In this document: positions 1 to 25,265 of the stretch, piece after piece
Layout of the letters: every line of letters starts with the position of its first letter
How positions within the stretch are numbered: the stretch's first letter is position 1
Assembly: GCF_009914755.1 (NCBI RefSeq)
Contig: NC_060927.1
DNA length: 64,000 nt
Origin: the human T2T-CHM13v2.0 reference genome, Homo sapiens
Reading direction: 5' to 3' (one strand)
Notes under the pieces: model-generated
Database searches by the model: none
The model's input: the letters and a program-made list of their open reading frames with translations, nothing else
Told to the model about the DNA's origin: nothing
Program-made: the position numbers and the translations under genes

Positions 1-225
1 AGAACACCTGGGCTCTGGGGATCCTCCTGCCTCAGCTTCCCAAGTAGCTGGGACTACAGGCCTGGGACACCATGCCCAGCTAATTAAAATGATTTTTTTT
101 TTTGGTAGAGACAGGATCTCACTATGTTGCCCAGCCTGGTCTTGGACTCCTGGCCTCAAGTGATCCTCCCCTTCTCAGCCTCCCACGGTGTTGGGATTAT
201 AGCCATGAACCACCATGCCTGGCTT
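1..225 (-). mobile_element. Alu (AluJ-like, partial at window edge)
   Basis: reverse Alu left arm and linker. Confidence 0.85.
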
Positions 226-510
226 GTTCTTTTTAATTGTCTTGTCTCTTCTTGTACATTTATTCTTTGTATGAAAATAGATATCAGCTCATTAAGTTTA
301 TTTTTAAAAATTGTATTAGAATTTTGCTTGGGACTGCATTGAATTGATAAATTTATTTCCACTTGGGCATTTTTGTACTGTGTCTCAAGGGTACTTTTTC
401 CTTTCTTTTCATGAATAGTATTTCAATTTTATCCTCTCTATTCACAAAATTATTAAATATGCCCTTTTTAAATATGTGCTAATGTTTTCCATAATCATTT
501 TTTGCTGCAG

Positions 511-708
511 ATTATAACTACACCAACCAAGGCCTACCAACTTCATTCCCGACCAGTACCAAAATTAAGCCCTGAAATGGGAAGCTTTGGCTCTCTATAC
601 ACTCAGAATTCTAGCATATTAGATAATGATATATTAAATGAGCCAGTTCCTCCTGAGATGAATGAACAAGCTTTTGAGGCCATTTCTGAAGAGCTTAGAA
701 CAGTGCAG
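511..708 (+). CDS. KIF15: KIF15 coding exon (IITTPTK...ELRTVQ), first of 19 in window
   Basis: ctgcag| acceptor, CAG|gtaatg donor, 198 nt, phase 0/0; peptide recognised as KIF15 stalk. Confidence 0.95.
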
Positions 709-892
709 GTAATGTTTTGTTCTAGAAAAAATAAATAACTGGACATCCATTTAAATACATTTGCTTTGTTATTTTAATTCCCTATAAGTTACAGTGTTCA
801 AAAGTGCTTAGTATTAAAATCATATCTTTTTAAGTGTGGGTTTATAATCATTCCTAGATTGGAAATCAGCCCACTCTTGCTTTTTGTCTCTA

Positions 893-1324
<432 letters not shown>

Positions 1325-1846
1325 TTAAAAGAATCTTATTATAGATCAAATTTTAGACAGTTTTTAATATATTTGAAATAATGTGAAATTTGATTATTCC
1401 AGAATTTTTATGGTTTGTTAATTTTTTAAAAAGGTTTTCTACTGTCCAGTAAAAGTTGGAGTGGGCCAGACCACCCCAAACCCCAGTATTTTGTCCTTTC
1501 CAGGCCATGGAGGTAACCGCTTGCAGCCCTGAGGAAGCTTCTTAGAAGTCTCAAGATGGCTCTGTCATGTAATCCAGGATTTTAATTTTAATCACTTCTT
1601 TCCTTTGTATTTCAAAGTGTCTACTTTAATGGACCACAAGTGTAAATCTGAAACATTAGCAATCATTTAGTATATAACCTTTTGATGATGTTTTCTGGCT
1701 CCAAACAGGCCTTTGATACCTTTGTTCATATGAGGTTTTGAATTTGTTTTGTTTTGTTTTGTTGTCTCTTTAATGCAGACGAAATGGTGGAATGTTTGAG
1801 AATTCCATTAAAATAAATTTTGATGACTGAAGTTTTTGTGTTGCAG

Positions 1847-1954
1847 GAACAAATGAGTGCTCTTCAAGCCAAACTGGATGAAGAAGAGCATAAAAACCTA
1901 AAGCTTCAGCAGCATGTTGACAAACTGGAACATCATTCTACCCAAATGCAGGAG
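1847..1954 (+). CDS. KIF15: KIF15 coding exon (EQMSALQ...TQMQE)
   Basis: ttgcag| and GAG|gtgaga; 108 nt, coiled-coil peptide in frame with previous exon. Confidence 0.95.
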
Positions 1955-2363
1955 GTGAGACCAAGAGCACAGCCTCAGAAAATGTATGAAGTACCCTCAA
2001 ATGTTACCTTGAGGAAACATCCTCAAGGATCCTCAAACATCCTTGAGTATGCATGAAACATATTCAGAGAGTATCACAGAAAGAAAATGTTGTCACATGG
2101 CCTTAGTGAAGGCTTATTTGAGCTGTATTCTCTACCTTGTTACTTAGCATGCTGCTCTGATAATGAGACAGGCATGCATAGTCTAAACCTGGCTGACTTA
2201 GTCAATAATGCAAATGGATCCCTTGCTATGTGTTTAGAAGAAACCAAGATGGACTGTCCATGGCTTCATAGTTGTTAATCATCTTTACTGTAGTTCATGG
2301 GGACAGCCAATTTTCTTCTGGTCAGAGACGTTAAAGCTAGACTTTAAAAACAGGGACAGGTTA

Positions 2364-2662
<299 letters not shown>

Positions 2663-2739
2663 GAAACAGGTTAATGATTTGGAGTGCATCTTAGCATGCC
2701 AGTATTCCTTTTCCAGTAAATTTATCTTTTTTCCCGAAG

Positions 2740-2845
2740 CTTTTCTCATCAGAAAGAATTGATTGGACCAAACAGCAGGAAGAGCTTCTCTCACAGTTGA
2801 ATGTCCTTGAAAAGCAGCTTCAAGAGACTCAAACTAAAAATGACT
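2740..2845 (+). CDS. KIF15: KIF15 coding exon (LFSSERID...TKND)
   Basis: cccgaag| acceptor (AAG), T|gtaagt donor; 106 nt, phase 0/1. Confidence 0.92.
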
Positions 2846-3081
2846 GTAAGTTATTCTATCAGGAGCTTTGTGACTTGAAGGAATACTGTAACTCAATATC
2901 TTTTTACTTTTATTAATAAATGCTGTTCCTATGTTTTTGGATGGTTGCTTTGTTGTTGTTGTTTGTTTGATAACCAGACTGCAGTTTGCATGCAGTGGTA
3001 AGTAACAGTAATATATCATAAAAGGTAAATTTCTCTATCATTGCCCACAAACAAATGATACAAATGTTTGCTTAAAGTTTT

Positions 3082-3584
<503 letters not shown>

Positions 3585-3974
3585 GCTTAAAGTTTTAGAT
3601 AAGCTGCTTTGAAAATGAAGTGTCTTGAATTCATGAATGTTTTAATATTAACAAAGCGTAGGTTATATATTTGTATATGTTTGTAGATGTGGGAATATCA
3701 TTTGATTCCCAATTTTTTCACTTTATTTTTCCCTTCATTAAAGTATTTGCAGTGGTTTGTAATAAAGCTAAAACAAAAAGAGATAGCCATTCTATTTTCT
3801 TTGAACTAAAAAGTTAACTAATACTATTTGCAGTTGTAGTTGTCTTAGAAGACCTGAAGTAGTTAACCCATGTTGGAAAGTTTAGGCAAATTTCCAAGGG
3901 ATTTTCAATAACTAAGATGAGCTCACTCAAAATATGTTACATCTTTTAATTTTTTTTTCTTATATTAAGAGTTT

Positions 3975-4275
3975 TGTTTGTTTGTTTGTTTTGAGACAGA
4001 GTCTCACTTTGTCACCCAGGCTGGAGTGCAGTGGGTGCAATCTCGGCTCACTGTAACCTCCAACTCCCAGGCTCAAGCGATCCTCCCACCTCAGCCTCCT
4101 GAGTAGATGGGACCACAGGTGCTCACCACCACAGCCAGCTAATTTTTTGTATTTTTGGTAGAGACAGGGTTTTGCCATGTTGCTCAGTCTGGTCTCGAAC
4201 TCCTGACCTCAAGCATTTCGCCTGCCTCAGCCTCACAAAGTACTGGGATTATAGGCATAAGCCACTGTGTCTGCC
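3975..4275 (-). mobile_element. AluJ/S
   Basis: reverse Alu, (TTTG)n tail, TSD ttatatta(a/g)gagtttt. Confidence 0.9.
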
Positions 4276-4576
4276 CTTATATTAGGAGTTTTGAAGCACA
4301 TTTTACAGGAGAAATCTAGCAAAGTCAAGTGACCTGTAAGTCAGGGACAGATGTTAATGCTTTCTATTTCAGTAGAAATTTACGAAAAACCATGTGCAAG
4401 GGAGAGGAAGAAAATAGAAATCTCAGTGCTGCTAGGTACCCGCCACTTAATTCTTTAACATTTTTCCTTAAAATAGTCTCTTCGACTTGATTTTGCTAAT
4501 TGTGGGACTAGTACCTATCAGATTTATTTGTCTGCTTTAAGAAACCTACTGAGGATATGTTTTCTTTGTTTTTTAG

Positions 4577-4742
4577 TTTTGAAAAGTGAGGTACATGACC
4601 TGCGAGTAGTCCTTCATTCTGCTGACAAGGAGCTTTCTTCAGTGAAATTGGAATATAGTTCATTCAAAACGAATCAGGAGAAAGAATTCAACAAACTTTC
4701 CGAAAGACACATGCATGTACAGCTTCAATTAGATAATCTCAG
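4577..4742 (+). CDS. KIF15: KIF15 coding exon (FLKSEVHD...LDNLR)
   Basis: ttttag| and AG|gtagag; 166 nt, phase 1/2. Confidence 0.94.
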
Positions 4743-5920
4743 GTAGAGTTGTTCTTTTATGGTTTCAAGTTGCCTGATTGGCTGTAACCTACGACTGTTT
4801 GAAGTTGGAAGTGTTATAAACTCAACTCAAAGCAGTTAGACAAATAAAAAAGATAATTTATTGGCTCCAATATTGGAAGCCCCAGAGGTGATTTTGGTTT
4901 CAGGAACAAACTAGTCTGAGTCTCAAGCAATATTGTCAGTGTTCTATCTCTCTCAGCTATGCTCAGTTCTATGTGTTGCTCTTATTCCCTCCTATTACTG
5001 AGGTCCTTCTTCTATGTGACAAGGAACAGATTGCCTCACACAGCTCCATATTTTGGTTCCCAGGATAAAAACCCCTGTAAAGAAATTCTCTCTCCCAATA
5101 GCCATGTATTATCCCAGAGAAAATCTGAATTGGTTTTGCTTGAGTCATCTGCTCACCTTTGGACCAGTCACTTTACCAGGTTTGAGATGGCACTGGCCTG
5201 ACATAGAGTAATGTGCCTGCTCTGGAGGGAAAGGTGTGCTCTTACTAGAAGAAAGGACAGTCAGTATAAGGTAAACCAAAACAATAGTCTTCACTGCTGT
5301 GCACACTAACTCTACAAAGGCTGGCTGATTAGTCAAGTGCTGATATCTTGAAACAAATGTAATCTCACATCTAAATAGTTTATTCTTTGTTATTTACTGT
5401 TTCTTTTTTTCTTCTTGCTAATTTCAACCTTTTGTATAACATAACACTTTTTGATAATGTCTCCTGTGTCTATAAGCCATAATTTAATAATGGACATGAA
5501 TGTTACACTGTGAATGTGATGTGAATGTAACTGTTTGCTCTGGAAAAGCTACTAGTAGGCAGCCTTGAGTTTAATTTTTGTAGATGTTACAAAGATTAAA
5601 ATCTGTAGCTGTTGAGTGTTTTTTGGATATACAACCAGAAATTGAAAGAGAGGAAGAAAACTTGAGATCTGCAGGCCAGAGCCACCTATACATACATTTT
5701 TCTTTTTTTTTTAAAGATTCATTTCTATTTGTAAAATGAAAAAAATGCATAATTATTACTAATGAAATACTGACAATAGTTTCATAAAAGAGAAAGTGAT
5801 GACATTTGTAACCTTTCCTTGCCATATCTCTATCTCACTGAATGTTGAATAGCTTGAGTTTTAGGCAAAATCCCATATTTATCTGCTGCTGCTGCTTCTC
5901 CTTTTTTTAAAATTTTTTTA

Positions 5921-13810
<7,890 letters not shown>

Positions 13811-14409
13811 TAATTCACATACATTTTTCTTAGGCCTGCCCAGTGGCTAAAGAAAAATAAATGAACATAGCATTTTAAAAATTGAGTGTTTTATTATAAA
13901 AATCTATATTTCAGCATTCTCTAGCAAAGTCATACTATTTGGTACCACTAGGCCCACATCCCTGCATGGCAGCCATCAGTTGCTGCAAAATTCACCCCTT
14001 TCTCTTTAGAGACAGAATGTGCTGTCTGGGTCAGCACAGCCTCCACCACCCTGTCCCATTTCCCCAGCACCAAGTCCACTTATCTAGTTGTCTGATTGGC
14101 CTGTAATCTACTTGAAGTGCAGTGGTATAACCCAACTCAAATTAGTTAAACAAAATAGGTAATTTATTGATAACTTATCACAGGTGCACTGTTGCCTTCT
14201 CTTACCCTTAGCATTTGTTTTAACTTCTGAATCACTGGATCTAATAATCTTGGCCTCAACTCAAACTATTTTGTGTAATTTGTTTTGAAGTCACTAATCT
14301 CATGGGATCTTAATTTCCTAATGTTTATATGTCAGAGTTGAACTACATCAAAAAATGTTAAGAATCCACTATATTTTGCTACATACTTAAATTCTATTTT
14401 CATCATTAA

Positions 14410-14725
<316 letters not shown>

Positions 14726-15703
14726 CTTCCTAGCTTTTTAAATACACTGAACACAATTTAACCTTCTCAGTGTCTCCAGTTTAAGTACATCATTTACTGG
14801 GCTGCTTATATTCCACTGTGGCCTTCAATGGTTGTTAAGTCCTGTGAATGAAACAGCATGACACTGCCATGTGTTTCTTGAATTATTTTGTCTACTTTAT
14901 ATATCTATATCTATATAGTTTATGCCATAAATACATAAATATGTTCCCCTTCCCTACCATCTATTGCCCATGTATCTGTCTTTAGCAATTGATTTATACC
15001 ACTTTATGATTTGCTGCTTCTGCTCTGCTTTGAGTTAGTACAGCAGATATTCCATATATAATAACCTTCTGTACATAAGCTAGGACATCTGCTTTGGATG
15101 ATCCAGAGGTCAGATTGATTGTGTGGTAGTTCTTGGCTGAGCTCTGGATTCTTGGAGGTGCTACAGCTTACTCAGGAGGGAAATAAGAGGATGAAAACCA
15201 AAAAAAGCAGTAATTATCTTCCAAAAACATTTTCTTTCTTGCTCAAATCAAATTCACATTGTCATCTTAATGTTCCTAGAGCTGAGAGGATGTATGAATA
15301 GTTGGAGTTGAGCTATCAATAAAACTTGGAAATTAACAGCCAGTGCCTGGCTTACGTGAGCATTAGGTCTGGAAACCCCTAAATGAGTCTAATCACTATA
15401 AATTGCTCATCCATTAAGCATGTCTGGTTGAAGCCATGGAGAAAGAATGAGGAAGTGATGCTTGCAAGCTAATGCTCCCACTTGTCTTTTCTGTTCCTAC
15501 CAAACTACTCTATGGTCCAGTGTGTCTCACATGTTTGTGCATCATGGACATTTCACACAGGTCCATAAGGAGCCTTATATCACTCGAGGCTTATGTGAGT
15601 TGGGAATGGGCTGTAGATGAGATAAATTGAACTGCAGATGATCTGATTAATAGAAATACATTAAATGTTTATTTACCATTTTTAAAATGTTTTCCTTATA
15701 AAG

Positions 15704-15854
15704 GTTAGAAAACGAAAAGCTGCTTGAGAGCAAAGCCTGCCTACAGGATTCCTATGACAACTTACAAGAAATAATGAAATTTGAGATTGACCAACTTTCA
15801 AGAAACCTCCAAAACTTCAAAAAAGAAAATGAAACTCTGAAATCTGATCTGAAT
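15704..15854 (+). CDS. KIF15: KIF15 coding exon (LENEKLL...KSDLN)
   Basis: ataaag| and AAT|gtatgt; 151 nt, phase 2/0. Confidence 0.93.
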
Positions 15855-16039
15855 GTATGTTAAGAAGGGTGAATTTGTCCCGCATCTGTGACTGTCCTTT
15901 TGAGTGTAGGACAAGGACTGTCCTTTCCTCCTTCTTTGCTATACTTGCCCACAGTGCCTGCCACATAGAAGGTACTTGACATGTTCGTTGACTATGCATT
16001 GCTAGTAACAGTTACTTAAAATCTAATGTTGTCTTTTAG

Positions 16040-16125
16040 AATTTGATGGAGCTTCTTGAGGCAGAAAAAGAACGCAATAACAAATTATCATTACAGTTTG
16101 AAGAAGATAAAGAAAACAGTTCTAA
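16040..16125 (+). CDS. KIF15: KIF15 coding exon (NLMELLE...ENSSK)
   Basis: ttttag| and AA|gtgagt; 86 nt, phase 0/2. Confidence 0.94.
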
Positions 16126-17123
16126 GTGAGTGCTATTTATTTTTTCTACTAGCATACTAGAATATTGTTTAATACCACATTCTTAATCTTGTTTTTTTTT
16201 TATTGCCAATACCCTGTAAAGAGTTATTTTTTTAAAGCATTCCAAAAGCAACAGCAGGTTCTTTTGTATAAATGGCTATGTGGAGAAACTTAATTTTTCA
16301 AAACATGTAACAACTAGCTATAGTACTTTTAAATGAATAGCAATTGGTGGTAATCAGAACTCAGGGCCTTCTGTAAATAAATCACAGCAAATATATAATA
16401 AGATGACTTCTAACTCTTCCTTTTATTATTGGAAGGAGGAGACAGATTTTTATTTCTGTGTCTACAAATCTTTTTCTACCAGGAATGTCCCCTAACAGGA
16501 ATGCTGCCATATTTCTTCCCTCTTTCCAGGTTCCTCTCCTTAGTAGTCTCAGTGAATCTTTGGGCCTCGGTCACTAGGCTGAGAGTCACTCTAATGAGAA
16601 GAATTTGTTTATTCAGTAGGTACTTATGGAGTTCTTCCTATGAGGTCGCTTTTCTTCTAGGCCCTGGTATACAGTGGTGAACGTAGAGCTTACATCCAGT
16701 TGAGAGACAAGCAATTGACATTTACTCATTTATTCAAACATTTATTGATATCCAACAAGCCAGGCACTGATCTGGTGAATTCCAGAACATTTAGAGTTGA
16801 AACAGTGAACAAAACATCCCTGTCCTCGTGGATTTTAACTTCTAGCACAGGGAGACAGGTAATAAACAAATACTATATGATATATGTTATATTTAGGAGT
16901 ACTAAACACTCTGAGGAAAAACAGTCATGGCACAAAAATGGGTTCTCATTGAATAATTTTTGAAGAAATGGGTTCAAATTTCTGATCCCCCCGGAAGGTA
17001 ATGCCTGACACCAAGGGTGTGCCTAACAAAGTTCATTTGCACTTAATCTATTCTGTACTAACAGATTCAGTTCCTGTTTTCATTGAGTGAAGTCAGGGGT
17101 AAAAGATAATTATTCTCTTCCAG

Positions 17124-17193
17124 AGAAATCTTAAAAGTTCTTGAGGCTGTACGTCAGGAGAAACAGAAAGAGACGGCCAAGTGTGAGCAGCAG
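17124..17193 (+). CDS. KIF15: KIF15 coding exon (EILKVLE...KCEQQ)
   Basis: ttccag| and CAG|gtaaat; 70 nt, phase 2/0. Confidence 0.94.
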
Positions 17194-17334
17194 GTAAATT
17201 TCCTGTTACTCTAACTCTAGTATTTGAAGTTTATAACTTTTATTCCTGATACCTAAAAGGCTTATTATAATGATTTCAGCTTGCAGATGTTGGAAATTAG
17301 TAAGAAAGAAATGGAATTTGGGGCTGGTTCTATT

Positions 17335-17644
<310 letters not shown>

Positions 17645-17878
17645 ATTGTTTTTCGACTCTTGTTTTTCTAACTCCCAGAGGGTTACAATAATAATTTGTT
17701 GGTAGTCTCCTGGTAGACAGCACAAAATCACTGTCTTTCAACCCAATTTATCATTTTCAAGTATTACTCCTAGCATAGACTCTATAATATGAAAAGCTGC
17801 TTTCAACTTGTTTATCTGTGTGTATGGTTAACTTTGCGATTTAATTATTCTTCTAAAAATATTTCTTTTTCACCATAG

Positions 17879-17965
17879 ATGGCAAAAGTACAGAAACTAG
17901 AAGAGAGCTTGCTTGCTACTGAAAAAGTGATCAGTTCCCTGGAAAAGTCTAGAGATTCTGATAAG
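17879..17965 (+). CDS. KIF15: KIF15 coding exon (MAKVQKL...RDSDK)
   Basis: ccatag| and AAG|gttggt; 87 nt. Confidence 0.93.
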
Positions 17966-18420
17966 GTTGGTAGAGTTTGAAGCTACATCTCTCTGTGCAT
18001 TTTCTTATAAATGCTAGTTTAACATTTTGTTCTCCTACCTCTTCTTGCACCTCCAGGGTGACCAATAGATAATATGAATATTTCTATATGCAGTTAAGCC
18101 TTGTTCATCCTCCAAGGTTCCTAGAGAATGAGGTCTTCCACTTAATTTGCCATGTAACTTCAAGTACAAACTACTGTCACTTTGGATGGCAGTGTTTCTA
18201 AAACGCATCCTACCCTTTTAACTAGGATGCTGATATTAGTGTGACCCTTTCTTGTTGACTCTAAGTCCCATGATACAAATTTTCAAATTCCTGGTGTTGA
18301 CTTTAACTAAAATAATAAAAATAGTCTGTATGTCCAAGTTTAAATTACGTATAAAATTCTTCTATGTCTAGCTCATATACATTCATAAAACCAAAACAAA
18401 TGATTAAATGAAATATTATA

Positions 18421-19548
<1,128 letters not shown>

Positions 19549-19692
19549 AATTGATACTAATGTGACATACGATCTTTTACTAAAATAAAATTGACTTATA
19601 TTGCCATTAGGAAAGATAAGTGATTTACCATTTAAAAATTTTCTTCTCCTTAATGTCATTGGGTATGAAGATATTATTTCTGTCCTCATCAG

Positions 19693-19797
19693 AAAGTTGT
19701 AGCTGACCTCATGAACCAGATCCAGGAGCTAAGAACATCGGTCTGTGAGAAAACAGAAACTATAGACACCCTGAAACAAGAACTGAAGGACATAAAT
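19693..19797 (+). CDS. KIF15: KIF15 coding exon (KVVADLM...LKDIN)
   Basis: catcag| and AAT|gtaagt; 105 nt. Confidence 0.94.
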
Positions 19798-20617
19798 GTA
19801 AGTTCGGTCACCAACAAGATGTTAAATTTGAGCATGGGACACTTCACAGACTTTTCAAGAGTTTAACAGATGCTCCACCAGAAAAAAGATTCTGTGGTCA
19901 AATAAGTTTGGAAATTCTAGTTAAATAAAGCTCAACAGGTTTGTGTGTTTGTAGGACTTGCAGAGTCATTATGGAAGTGTGTAGTATGTATCTCTGGGGG
20001 ACAATGTAGGCTGCAGTGTTTCTCAGGTTTCACTGATCTGGGACAATGTTCTCTGTGCACTGTTTGGGAATGCCGGTATAAACTGAATAAGAAACAGGCT
20101 GGTTGCTGGCCGTAACAGTTAAGGCAAAAGTGGTGTTTTTTAGTGGCTTTGAGGAAAAAGTAACACAGTAGCACATTGCAGTTAAGTTCAGAGACATTAA
20201 TTAGAAAGTGAGTTCGTTTCCGCAATATTGGACATAATATCATTTCCTAAAGTTAACTACTTATTTTGTCAGCATGTATCTGAGTTCAGTGTTGATGCTT
20301 TTCTCCTCTGGGTCGAGGCGAAGGCTTTTGTCACTCCTCCTCACTCCTCTGCTCTACAGGGAGCTTGCTGCACTCCATGTTTATTTCTGAAGGCAGTAGA
20401 TGACAAACCCTGTGTTTTTTTCACTGATACTTAGAGGACTTTTCCATTTCTCTTCACCATTCATGCACTTATTCTTCTATTCCTTCAGTCAGCAAGTATT
20501 TATTGAATTATCTTGTGTTAATCTTGTCATCACCTTGGAACCCAGACTCATTCTTGTTATTTTAATCTAGAAACAGGAAATAAAATGGCTCTTATAGCAT
20601 GACTTTCTTTTCTACAG

Positions 20618-20740
20618 TGCAAATACAACTCTGCTTTGGTTGACAGAGAAGAGAGCAGAGTGTTGATCAAGAAGCAGGAAGTGGATATTCTGGATCTGAA
20701 AGAAACCCTTAGGCTGAGAATACTTTCTGAGGACATAGAG
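20618..20740 (+). CDS. KIF15: KIF15 coding exon (CKYNSAL...SEDIE)
   Basis: ctacag| and GAG|gtaggt; 123 nt. Confidence 0.94.
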
Positions 20741-21649
20741 GTAGGTATTAACGCATCACAGCTTCTTTGTTTGCCTTATTACTTGTCAATATGTGTATTT
20801 GTGTGTGGAAGTTATTAATGAATAAATACAGGATTTTTAAAGAAATAATTCTTATACAGCTGATGTGCCTCAAGACGCTTCACTACACAGGCTCATTCTA
20901 CCTCTACCTCACTGCCTGCACCTCATGCTGCCACCCTGACTGCTTGCTGTGCCTGAGATACTCCACACACGTTCACGCTGCCAAGCTTCCTCCTCTGGCA
21001 GTCTTATACATATACTGTCTCCTTTGAGGAGATAGTATTTGTATACTACTAATGTATTATTGTATAGTGTATAATAATACAAATAGTCATGTATAATAAT
21101 TTCACCAAAATTATTATATTTTATCTAGCTAATCTATTTTCCGTCATTTTTGCTGACACCACGTTAACTTCCTATAACTGACCCCTGTAAGGGGAGCAGA
21201 GTGGAAACTGCATTTAATTGGATGCAGTGATAGTAGCAGATAGCAGAAAAGGGCTGTTTAAACAGGCTGATTTCAGGGTTGTCTTTTGCATTTTAGCGAA
21301 GATAAGTTTTATTTTTGTTTTTTTGATGTAGATTTATCTTTTTAAAAATTAAGCAGTACAGGTTAATTTGTAACCTACAGCTAAAGGAAGTTTTTTTGTT
21401 GTTGATGATGTGAACTTATCTTTTTAAAAATTAGTATATAAGCTAGGAGCAATATGGATTTTCTTCCAGCCCTTCCTATTCCTCAGCTACCCCCATGTTT
21501 TCAGTTTCTTGTGTAACTTTCAAGAGATATTTTAAGCAATCCTATATACTTTTAGCCTTACTTTTTTCCCCACACAGATGATAACCTATTGTATAAATTG
21601 TTCTATATTTGCTTTAGAAATAAAGGGGTTTTGGCTAACCTATGCTACC

Positions 21650-22300
21650 CATGAAACAAATTCAACAAATATTGAATCCACCTACTATACAACCTGTACC
21701 CGGCCTGGCATTTGGGAATGGAAAGATGATTGAAAAACACTGTTACTTACATCAAAGCATGCATTCTAGCTTAAGAGATATGTGTAATATGATGTAATAA
21801 CCTGGGGGCACAGAAAAGGGAGGGAGGGGAGTAATTCTGCCAGGGGAAATTCTAAAGACCTCCTCAGAAGAGAGAGTATTTGTACACAACTTTGCCAGAG
21901 AGGGAAGCTTGGCAGTGTGAACATGTGTGGAGTGTCCCAAGCACAGCAGGCAGTCAGGGTGGCCAATACAAGGTGCTGGCAGTGAAGTGGGGGCAGACTG
22001 AGCCTGTGTAGTGAAGTGTCTTGAGGAACGTCAGCTGTATCTTTTAGGAAACCAAAACTGCATAGACATTGAACCCAGGCAGAAGGTCATGAAGTCAGAG
22101 CTAAGAAATGCTAGTGGGGATAGGGGGTGAGATAGAGTTGGGAAATGTTTCAGAGCTACAGGTGACAGTTGTTGGTGTCCAGTTGGATATGTACCATGAA
22201 GGGAAGAAGCAGTCAGAGTGGGCACCAAGCTTTCTAGCCTGGAGGACTGAATGGTTCTGTGCACATTTCAGATGGAAAGAATAGAGGCCCACAGAAAGTT
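21650..22300 (+). mobile_element. Degenerate L2-like fragment
   Basis: ttcaacaaatattgaatcc..tactat start and purine-rich body typical of L2 3' end; L2 sense is probably the minus strand. Confidence 0.5.
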
Positions 22301-22455
22301 AATGAGATGCATTTTATACATACCAGTTTTGAATTTTAAGGACCTGTGGGGTAGATATCCAAGATGGCTATTCCCAGTAATTTGTATTTATATCTTGCTA
22401 CATCGCAGAAAGGATTTGAAGCTGCTAACACACATAAGATATAAGATTAAAATAG

Positions 22456-22750
22456 GCTGGACGTGGTAGCTCACACCTGTAATCCCAGCATTTTGGGAGG
22501 CCGAGGCGGGTGGATCACTTGAGGTCAGGAGTTCCAGACCAGCCTGGCCAACATGGTAAAACCCCATCCCTACTAAAACTACAAAAATTAGCAAGGTGTG
22601 GTGGTGCGTGCCTGTAATCCCAGCTATTCAGGAGGCCAAGGCAGGAAAATGGTTGCAGGAGGCAGAGGTTGCAGCAAGCTGAGATCATGCCACTGCACTC
22701 TAGCCTGGGTGACAGATCGAGACTCCATCTCAAAAAAAAAAAAAAAAAAG
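22456..22750 (+). mobile_element. AluS
   Basis: dimer, A tail, TSD aagattaaa. Confidence 0.9.
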
Positions 22751-22932
22751 AAGATTAAAGTAGACAACAAAAATTAGAATAAAAGGAAAGTAAGGGTAGA
22801 ATAGTAACAAGTTATTAAGAGCACAGGCTACGGAGTTGGAATTCTAGCTGTGTGACCTTGGGGAAGTTAAATTTCTCCCTGTGCTTCATTTGCCATATCT
22901 GTAGAGATAACAGTACTTCCTACTGCATAAGG

Positions 22933-23455
22933 CAGTGGTCCTCAGCCTTTTTGGCACCAGGGACCAGTTTAGTGGAAGACAATTTTTCCTTAGACCAGGA
23001 GTGTGAGGGGGGCTGGTTTCTGGATGATTCAAGCACATTACATTTACTGTGTACTTTATTTCTATTATTATATTTACATTGTAATATATAATAAAATAGT
23101 TGTACAACTCACCGTAATGTAGAATCAGTGGGAGCCCTGAGCTTGTTTTCCTGCAACTAGATGGTCCTATCCAGGGGTGATGGGAAATAGTGACAAATCA
23201 TCAGGCATTAGATTCTCATAAGGAGTGCCCAAACGAGATCCCTGGCACGCAGTTTGCAATAGAGTTAATGCTTCTGTGAGAATCTAATGCTGCCACTGAT
23301 TTGACAGGAGGCGGAGCTCAGGCAGTAATGCGAGCGATGGGGAATGGCTGTAAATACAGATGAAGCTGTGCTCGCTTTCCTCCTGCTGTGCAGCCCAGTT
23401 CCTAACAAGCCACAGACTGATAGCAGTCTGTGGCCTAGGGGCTGGGGGCCGCTGG
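22933..23455. mobile_element. MER1A-like hAT-Charlie DNA transposon
   Basis: cagtggtcctcagcctttttggcaccagggacc start and complementary ggggctgggggccgctg end, ~520 bp. Confidence 0.8.
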
Positions 23456-24361
23456 CATAAGGTGTTGCAGAGATGAACTGAGGTAATACATGGAAAGTGC
23501 TGAGAACTGTGTCTGGCTCCTTGTAACTGCTCAATATGTGTCAGATGGAAATAGTTTTAGCAAGCCAATTGAAAAGTTAGTACACAGAAGCCACAACCTA
23601 GGGTCCCCTACAAAGTATAAGATGATGGGCTAAAAATTCAGTTTCATACTGACTATTGACGAAGTTAAAAGGAAATCTAGCTATTTGAGTGGGAGTAGGT
23701 AAATAATGAAAACTCATGCCTGTTTACCTAAAAGCTCTTCTTTCCTTCCTTCCTTGCTTTCTCTCTTTTTTCTTCTTAAAAATAAAATGTGACTACGAAT
23801 ATTGTATTTAGATTTAAATATCGTATTTTAGATTCATACATTTTAGATTCAAGTGGAATTGACCCTATAAACAGCTAATTCATATTCCCTTTGTACTTAT
23901 CTTCAGTCTTTATTAGCTAAAATTTAGTTTTATGGCTATGGTTTGTGAATTGTTCAGTATATTCAAATTGTTCATATATCAGTGTTTTTCAACAATATGA
24001 GTACTTAGCCAATGCAGTAAAATGGAAATACTAAGTGGGATACAAATATCATAAAAACTGAGAGAAAGTGACTGTTATTTGCAGATGGTCATGAGTGTCT
24101 ACATGGAGACTCCAAAATACTGTCTGAATATCTATTAGAATATTGAGTTTAGTAATCAGTTATAAATTAGTCTTAAAAATAATATTTACTATGTGCCATT
24201 AATAACCATTTAACAATATTGGAACTAAAAAATTCTATTCACAAAAACAACCAAAAGTGTTAAAACGTTAGGAGAGAATTTGTAACAACTGTTAAGGACA
24301 TAAAACTTCCCTAAGGGATATTGAAAGAAATTGAATATTAAAGAAAGAATAGCTTTACTGG

Positions 24362-24665
<304 letters not shown>

Positions 24666-24886
24666 TAAAGAATAGCTTTATTATAGATTATTATATAATA
24701 TTATGTTATAATTAAAATAATATATAATATTAAATAAACAGTTTAAAAACATAACAGGAGCTTTTAAAAATTCTCTTTCACAGAAATAATATAGCGTATC
24801 AAAATCTTAGGGTGAATATTTGACAATTGTTAAGAACATAAAACTTTACAAGCAACATGAAAAGAGACTTCAATAAAAGGATCTAA

Positions 24887-25265
<379 letters not shown>

